A stretch of 64,000 nucleotides of DNA, from contig CAVYTA010000006.1 in NCBI GenBank assembly GCA_963771355.1, forward strand, positions 1,440,001 to 1,504,000, written 5' to 3'. The notes beneath the pieces are model-generated. The model saw only the letters and a program-made list of their open reading frames with translations, was not told the origin of the DNA and ran no database searches. Below are positions 58,901 to 64,000 of this stretch, in pieces; within the stretch, counting starts at the first letter, position 1, and each line of letters begins with the position of its first letter. A program made the translations under genes and the position numbers. Source of the DNA: an uncultured Candidatus Rokubacteria bacterium (GTDB lineage: Bacteria; Methylomirabilota; Methylomirabilia; Rokubacteriales; CSP1-6).

Positions 58901-59316
58901 TGACATGGCTGCGATGCCCGGAAGTATCTAGCCTCGCGGAGGCATACCTGGCGGCTGGTCGCCTCGAGGAAGCGGCCTCGCGCACGACAGAGGCGATCGA
59001 GTCCGCGCGCGCGCGCGGCGAACGTGGCTTCGAGGCATGGGCCCTACGATTGGGGGCACTGGTTGCAATCGCCGCGGACCCACCAGATATCGCCGGCGCG
59101 ACCGAGCGTTTTCGTGAGGCACGCGATCTCGCGAGCGCCCTCGAGATGCGGCCGCTTCTGGCGCACTGCCATCTCGGCCTCGGGAAGCTCTATCGGAGCA
59201 CCGGCGCTCTCACCCATGCCCGCGAGGGACTCACGTTGGCGGCGGCAATGTACCGAGACATGAACATGCGGTTCTGGCTCGACACAGTCGACGCCGAGCT
59301 GGAGCAGCTGTCGTAA
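55924..59316 (+). CDS. double Zn-ribbon + class III cyclase + AAA ATPase + TPR protein (many frameshifts as sequenced)
   Basis: GERKQVTVLFADLKGS, GDGIMALFG, FVGR, GEPGVGKSRL, EDLHWID, FKHALTHEVAY, MRPLLAHCHLGLG. Confidence 0.85.
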
Positions 59317-59388
59317 CGCATCTCGGTCGTGGGCATACCTCGCGACACGTGAGCGCAAACGAGCTGGTACTAGCCCGCGGAGGTGCTG

Positions 59389-59684
59389 ATGGCCGCGTAT
59401 GCGATTGGGCTCTAGAAGATCACTGACGTATCGTGGCGCCGGCATACCGAGCCGCAGTCGACAGCCTCGTCGGCAAGTATGGCGGCAAGTACGTGGCTCG
59501 GATCACGTCGCACTGAGAGGTTCTCGAAGGCGTGCCTCCGAACATCAACGCGATCACGATGATTCAGTTTCCCTCGATGGAGCGGGCGCGGGCCTGGTAC
59601 CACGATCTGGAATACGCACCCCTGATCATGCTTCGGCAAGGTGGGTCACAGCTGACGTTTCTTCTCGTGGAGGGCTCGGATTAG
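59389..59684 (+). pseudogene. DUF1330 family remnant (premature TAG and frameshifts)
   Basis: KYGGKYV...IQFPSMERARAWYHDLEYAPLI..R. Confidence 0.7.
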
Positions 59685-59694
59685 GCTCCCCGCC

Positions 59695-60300
59695 ATGCCG
59701 GCCTGCCCGCGCTGCCAGACCGACAACGCGCCGGGCGCGAAGTTCTGCCAGGAGTGCGCGGCGCCGCTGGTGGCGCACTGCGCCGGCTGCGGCGTGCCGC
59801 TGCCCCCGGCCGCGAAGTTCTGCCCGGAGTGCGCGAAGCCCGTGAGCGTGGCTCGTCCCGGCGAGCCCTTCGCCTCACCCGAGACGTACACCCCTCGCCA
59901 CCTCGCCGCTCCTCACCTCGCGGCCGCGCTGGAGGGCGAGCGCAAGCAGGTCACCGTCCTCTTCGCCGACCTCAAGGGCTCGATGGAGCTGCTCGCCGAG
60001 CGCGATCCCGAGGAGGCCCGCAAGCTACTCGATCCCGTCCTCGAGCACATGATGGACGCCGTCCACCGCTTCGAGGGCACGGTCAACCAGGTCATGGGTG
60101 ACGGCATCATGGCGCTCTTCGGCGCGCCGCTCGCCCACGAGGACCACGCGGTGCGCGCCTGCTACGCGGCGCTGCGCATGCAGGAGACGGTGACGCGCTA
60201 CGCGGAGGTCGTCCGGCGGGAGCAGGGTGTCACCATCGAGCATCGGCGTAGGGCTGAACTCGGGCGAGGTGGTGGTGCGCGCCATCGGCTCCGATCTGAT
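59695..60300 (+). pseudogene. second, truncated Zn-ribbon + cyclase copy
   Basis: Nearly identical to 56170-56540 at protein level; similarity ends after RAIGSDL. Confidence 0.8.
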
Positions 60301-60331
60301 AATGCCTACGCTCGTAGAGGAGGACCTGATC

Positions 60332-61000
60332 ATGTCATCGCTCAAGCTCGATCTCGATGAGCTTCTGACCACCACGAGGGCCGTTCGCAACGGCTCGACT
60401 CGATCGGCGGTGGAGCGGGCGATCATCGAGGAGTGCCTGCGGATTGCGCTCCAGGCGCCGACCGGCGGCAACCGCCAGCAGTGGCACTTCGTCGTCGTCA
60501 CCGATCCGGGCCAAGCGCCGCGCGATCGCCGATCATGTATCGGAAGGGCTGGGCGCGTCTACCTCAACGAGCCCGACGGCCGGCGCCGAATCTCCACTAC
60601 GATGACCCGACCCGCGAGGCCGGTGCAGCGGCGGGTCGGGGGACTCGGCCCAGTACCTCGCCGACAACCTCGAGCGACGTGCCGGTCTTCCTCATCCCGT
60701 GCTTCGCCGGACGGATCGATGGGCAGCCGCGCGAGCGATACAGGCCGGCACCTGGGGATCGCTCTTGCCGGCCGTCTGGAGTTTCATGCTCGCCGCGCGC
60801 GTCCGCGGGCTCGGCACGGCGTGGACGACTGCTTCACATGCGTCACGAACGCGAGGTCGCCGAGACTCTCGGCATCCCTTACGACGCAGTTCACGCAAGG
60901 AAGCGCTGATCCCGGTCGCGCTACACGCGTGGGCGACCGATTTCAAGCCAGCGCATCGACGAGCCGCTGGGCGAACGTCGTGCACTGGGACAGCTGGTAG
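60332..61000 (+). CDS. nitroreductase family protein (frameshifted as sequenced)
   Basis: LLTTTRAVR, ALQAPTGGN.Q.WHFVVV, SFMLAARVRGLGTAWT. Confidence 0.8.
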   Translation: MSSLKLDLDELLTTTRAVRNGSTRSAVERAIIEECLRIALQAPTGGNRQQWHFVVVTDPGQAPRDRRSCIGRAGRVYLNEPDGRRRISTTMTRPARPVQRRVGGLGPVPRRQPRATCRSSSSRASPDGSMGSRASDTGRHLGIALAGRLEFHARRARPRARHGVDDCFTCVTNARSPRLSASLTTQFTQGSADPGRATRVGDRFQASASTSRWANVVHWDSW

Positions 61001-61281
61001 GCCGCGAACCGCGCTCTCAGGACGCGAGGAAGTCCGCGAAATACTCCTCGGTCGTGACGAGCCGGCTGGTCAGGCCGAGCCGGAACGCCTCGCCCGCGAA
61101 CATGTCGATCTGTGCTGTGGCGGGGGGCTCCTGGGGGTTCCCGAGGCGGCAGCGTGAGCGTGTGGGCGATTATGTCCCCGGGTGGGGGGCCCGCGGGGGG
61201 CGCGCGCGTCGCCAGCGGGGACTAATGTTGCCTACGCTCTGACCGGACGCCTTACCGAGGGGATCGATCTGACACGGGCCA

Positions 61282-61504
61282 CGCCCACCGCCAGCATTCG
61301 CCGGGCGGTGACGAAGCTGGATGGGGTGCACGAGCCCAAGACGGAGGGCTCGGCGCGGACGATCGATCTCCGGCCCCAGGTCGTGGCCGCTCCGCCCACC
61401 GCCAGCATTCGCCGGGCGGTGACGAAGCTGGATGGGGTGCACGAGCCCAAGATCGGAGGGCTCGGCGCGGACGATCGATCTCCGGCCCCAAGTGGTGGCC
61501 GCTC
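61282..61504 (+). repeat. ~111-bp tandem duplication within the integrase remnant
   Basis: 61282-61392 repeated with few differences at 61393-61504. Confidence 0.85.
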
Positions 61505-61832
61505 TCAAGGCCCAGCGGGCCAGCAGTCAGCTCAAAGGCGAGTACATCTTCCCAACTCGGTCGGCGGACCCCTGGACCGGGACAACCTGGCCACTCGCGT
61601 GTGGTATCCGGCGCTCGGGCGGGCCGGCCTCAAGAGCCGCAAGCCGTACCAGACCCGGCACACCTTCGCGTCCCTGGCGCTGTCGGCCGGTGAGGAGATC
61701 AGCTGGGTGGCCAAGCAGCTCGGCCACGTCAACACGGCCATGATCATCCGGCACTACTACGGCTGGATTCGGAACAACACCCGGCAGGACGGCTCGGTCT
61801 TCGACAAGGCAGCCGCTGCGGTCGGGCTATGA
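61282..61832 (+). pseudogene. tyrosine integrase C-terminal remnant
   Basis: PKTEGSARTIDL, YQTRHTFAS, KQLGH...HY; N-terminal part missing. Confidence 0.85.
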
Positions 61833-61844
61833 GCCCAGCGGTGA

Positions 61845-61875
61845 CGGCAGAATTCCGGCAGAACCCACGGCAGAA
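61845..61875. repeat. three CGGCAGAA direct repeats (putative integrase arm-type sites)
   Basis: Copies at 61845, 61856 and 61868, between the integrase stop and the att core. Confidence 0.6.
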
Positions 61876-61883
61876 AATCGGAA

Positions 61884-61912
61884 GGGCCTACGGGGTGTTT
61901 CCCCGTAAGCCC
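61884..61912 (-). terminator. hairpin downstream of tRNA-Gly
   Basis: gggc.tacgggg / ccccgta.gccc stem resembling the hairpin at 46789. Confidence 0.55.
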
Positions 61913-61924
61913 CCGATTCGAAAT

Positions 61925-61999
61925 TGGAGCGGCCGACCGGATTCGAACCGGCGACGTCCAGCTTGGGAAGCTGGCATTCTGCCACTGAATTACGGCCGC
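61925..61999 (-). tRNA. tRNA-Gly(CCC)
   Basis: GCGGCCG acceptor stem, anticodon arm CCAGC-TTCCCAA-GCTGG, GGTTCGAATCC T-arm, encoded CCA. Confidence 0.95.
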
Positions 62000-62066
62000 G
62001 ACTGACCCAATTCTAGCGCGAGACCCTGGACTGCGCTATGGCCTATTGCGCGTCCCTCTCGCCCCC

Positions 62067-63620
62067 CTATCGCACGTCCTTGACTGCCATGTCGAAGCCC
62101 TTGATCACCTCGTCGCCCCGGGCCTTCCAGGACGTGCGCCGCGTGGCCCCGTAAAGGTCGAGCTGCTGATACAGCGGCATCGCCGCCGCGTCGTCGATCC
62201 AGAGCTTGTTGATCCGTTGATAGAGCTCGAACCGGCGCTTGGGCTCCATGATGGTCTGGGCCTGGTCGACCATGCCGTCGAAGTCGGCGTTGTGGTAGTT
62301 CGAGAGGATCTTGCCAGAGCGGAAGAGCGGCACGTACACCGTTTCCGCGTCATACGTCGGAGTGCCCCAGCCGATCAGCCACACCGGTCCCGCCTTGTGC
62401 ACGTAGGCCATGTTGTTGAGGTAGTTGCCCCACTCGTGGACCCGGAGCGTGGTGCGGATGCCCGCCTTGTTGAGCTGGCCGGTGATGGCCTCCGCCACTT
62501 CCTTGTCGCGGACGTAGCGGCCCTGGGGCGCGTTGAAGACGATCTCCAGCCCGCCGGGAAAGCCCGCCTCGGTGAGGAGCTGCTTCGACCGGGCGAGGTC
62601 GGGCTTGATGGGCTTGAGCGCGGGTTCGAAGCCGAAGTGCTTGTCGGTGAGCATGGTGGCCACGCGGATGCCCTTGCCGTCGAGCACGGTGCGGATCACC
62701 TCGTCGGCGTCCACCGCGTAGTTCATGGCCAGCCGCACCCGGCGATCGGCCACCGGCCCGGCATACGGGCCCACCAGCTTGTGTTGGGCGTCGAACTGAT
62801 GCGTGTAGTACATGAGCTGGATGGTGCGCACGCTAGGCGCGGTGGAGAGGAAGAGGCGCGGATGATTCGCGATGATGCCGGCCAGATGCGGCGGGATGTT
62901 CACCGCGACGTCCACCTCGCCGTTCTGCAGGGCGGCCACCCGCACCGCGTCGTCGGGAATGGGCTTGAAGACGAGCCGCTTGATCCGGGGCGCGCCTCGC
63001 CAGTATTGCTCGTTGGCCTCGAGCTCGATGCGGTCGTCCTTCACCCAGCGCACGAACTTGAAGGGACCCGAGCCCACCGGGTTCCGGGCCACGAAGGCGA
63101 GCTCCTTCTCCCGGTAATACTTGGGCGGCAGGATGGACGAGCCGCTGCCGGACACCAGGGTGTCGAGGATGGGCCACGGCGCCTTGGTGTGCACCCGCAC
63201 CGTGAGGGCATCCACTACCTCCACGTGGCTGATGGGCGCGAAGGGGGTGGCGCCGCGGAGCTTGAGCTTGGGATCCACCAGGCGCTCCAGGCTGAACTTC
63301 ACCGCCTCCCCGTCGAGCGGCTCGCCGTTGTGGAACTTCACGCCGGGCCGGAGCTTGAACTCCCACACCGTCGGCGACACGAGCTTGGGCAGCTCGGCGG
63401 CGAGGGCGGGCTGGATCACGAGGTTCTGGTCACGCTCGAGGAGCGTGTCGAACATGTTCCGCGCGAGGTTCGCCGCCGGCGACTCTTGATGGTTCATGGG
63501 GTCGAGCGTGGTGGGATCCACCCCCTGCGCGACTACCACGCTGCCCTGCGGCGCGGCGGACGCGCCACCGGGCCATGCGAGAGCGAGGGTGACGAGAACG
63601 GCCATCGAGATCCGGCGCAT
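62067..63620 (-). CDS. ABC transporter substrate-binding protein, family 5 (peptide/nickel)
   Basis: TLDP, FKLRPGVKFHNG, PVGSGPFKF, RVRLAMNYAVD. Confidence 0.93.
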   Translation of the reverse strand: MRRISMAVLVTLALAWPGGASAAPQGSVVVAQGVDPTTLDPMNHQESPAANLARNMFDTLLERDQNLVIQPALAAELPKLVSPTVWEFKLRPGVKFHNGEPLDGEAVKFSLERLVDPKLKLRGATPFAPISHVEVVDALTVRVHTKAPWPILDTLVSGSGSSILPPKYYREKELAFVARNPVGSGPFKFVRWVKDDRIELEANEQYWRGAPRIKRLVFKPIPDDAVRVAALQNGEVDVAVNIPPHLAGIIANHPRLFLSTAPSVRTIQLMYYTHQFDAQHKLVGPYAGPVADRRVRLAMNYAVDADEVIRTVLDGKGIRVATMLTDKHFGFEPALKPIKPDLARSKQLLTEAGFPGGLEIVFNAPQGRYVRDKEVAEAITGQLNKAGIRTTLRVHEWGNYLNNMAYVHKAGPVWLIGWGTPTYDAETVYVPLFRSGKILSNYHNADFDGMVDQAQTIMEPKRRFELYQRINKLWIDDAAAMPLYQQLDLYGATRRTSWKARGDEVIKGFDMAVKDVR

Positions 63621-63718
63621 AGATTCCTCCCCGCGGAGCGCGGCGTTGCGTGGCTGGGCCCGACGAGTGCGTGGCGCGACGTTAGTGGCGCTACTCTAGG
63701 GGGCCGTGACTATGAGTG

Positions 63719-64000
63719 TCAAGCATGGGGAGTGTCCAGCGCGGGCGGCTCGGGCCGCGTGAGCTCGGCGAGCGCCTCCTCACGGGTGGTGACGAGACCC
63801 AGGGCCTGGGCTTCGCGGGCCCGGGCGAGGAGACGGCCCACCGCCGGGCCCGGCGGGAGCCCGAACGCCGCCATCACGTCTTCTCCGCGGAGAAGCGGAG
63901 GCACCGCGGCCAGCACCTGCTCCTCGGCGGCGCCCGACATCAGGGCGCGGAGCACCTCTCCGCGCCCGTCGCTCCAGAGGTCGAGCGGGGGATCGCCGCG
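63719..64000 (-). CDS. C-terminus of a CCA-adding/poly(A) polymerase-type nucleotidyltransferase, partial
   Basis: PPLLRGEDVM..FGLPPGPAVGRLL...EAQ..G.VTTREEAL. Confidence 0.7.
   Translation of the reverse strand, partial: RGDPPLDLWSDGRGEVLRALMSGAAEEQVLAAVPPLLRGEDVMAAFGLPPGPAVGRLLARAREAQALGLVTTREEALAELTRPEPPALDTPHA

Larger units (their letters stand above)
46822..61940. mobile_element. ~15 kb genomic island integrated at tRNA-Gly(CCC)
   Basis: 18-bp terminal direct repeat, integrase remnant beside the tRNA, many truncated cargo genes. Confidence 0.82.

Overview
Very GC-rich bacterial chromosomal DNA. The gene set (frameshifted cyclase-AAA-TPR paralogues, PilZ proteins, an outer-membrane metal-uptake module, futalosine mqnA) resembles Rokubacteria/Methylomirabilota, but that is an inference. 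1-18.7 kb: mixed housekeeping and metabolic genes (Zn-ADH, YdjC, GGT with a repeat-expanded linker, Ski2-like helicase, amidohydrolase-mqnA, IMPase/HisN, tandem Zn-ribbon-PilZ, PMM/PGM). 18.7-35.6 kb: a large metal-homeostasis locus with a CopD-cytochrome c-thioredoxin-fold fusion, a CusF-like protein, a rhodanese, two paralogous outer-membrane-protein + ZnuA-like pairs (one with concerted His->Asp changes, the other preceded by a His-rich leader ending in a RAPP arrest-like motif), ZnuABC with a ZnuB-DUF192 fusion, a CDF exporter and a DtxR/MntR regulator. 35.6-46.8 kb: catabolic genes including carbamoylase-hydantoinase-MmgE/PrpD. 46.8-61.9 kb: a ~15 kb genomic island at tRNA-Gly(CCC), bounded by an 18-bp direct repeat of the tRNA 3' end. 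It carries an atypical periplasmic nitrate reductase operon (napD-napA-two tetrahaem cytochromes-NrfC/NrfD-like), many truncated genes and a decayed tyrosine integrase. Many single-base frameshifts at 21.8-31 kb and 55.9-61.6 kb look like consensus errors, so gene ends there are approximate. All family assignments come from motif recognition by eye; no database searches were run.
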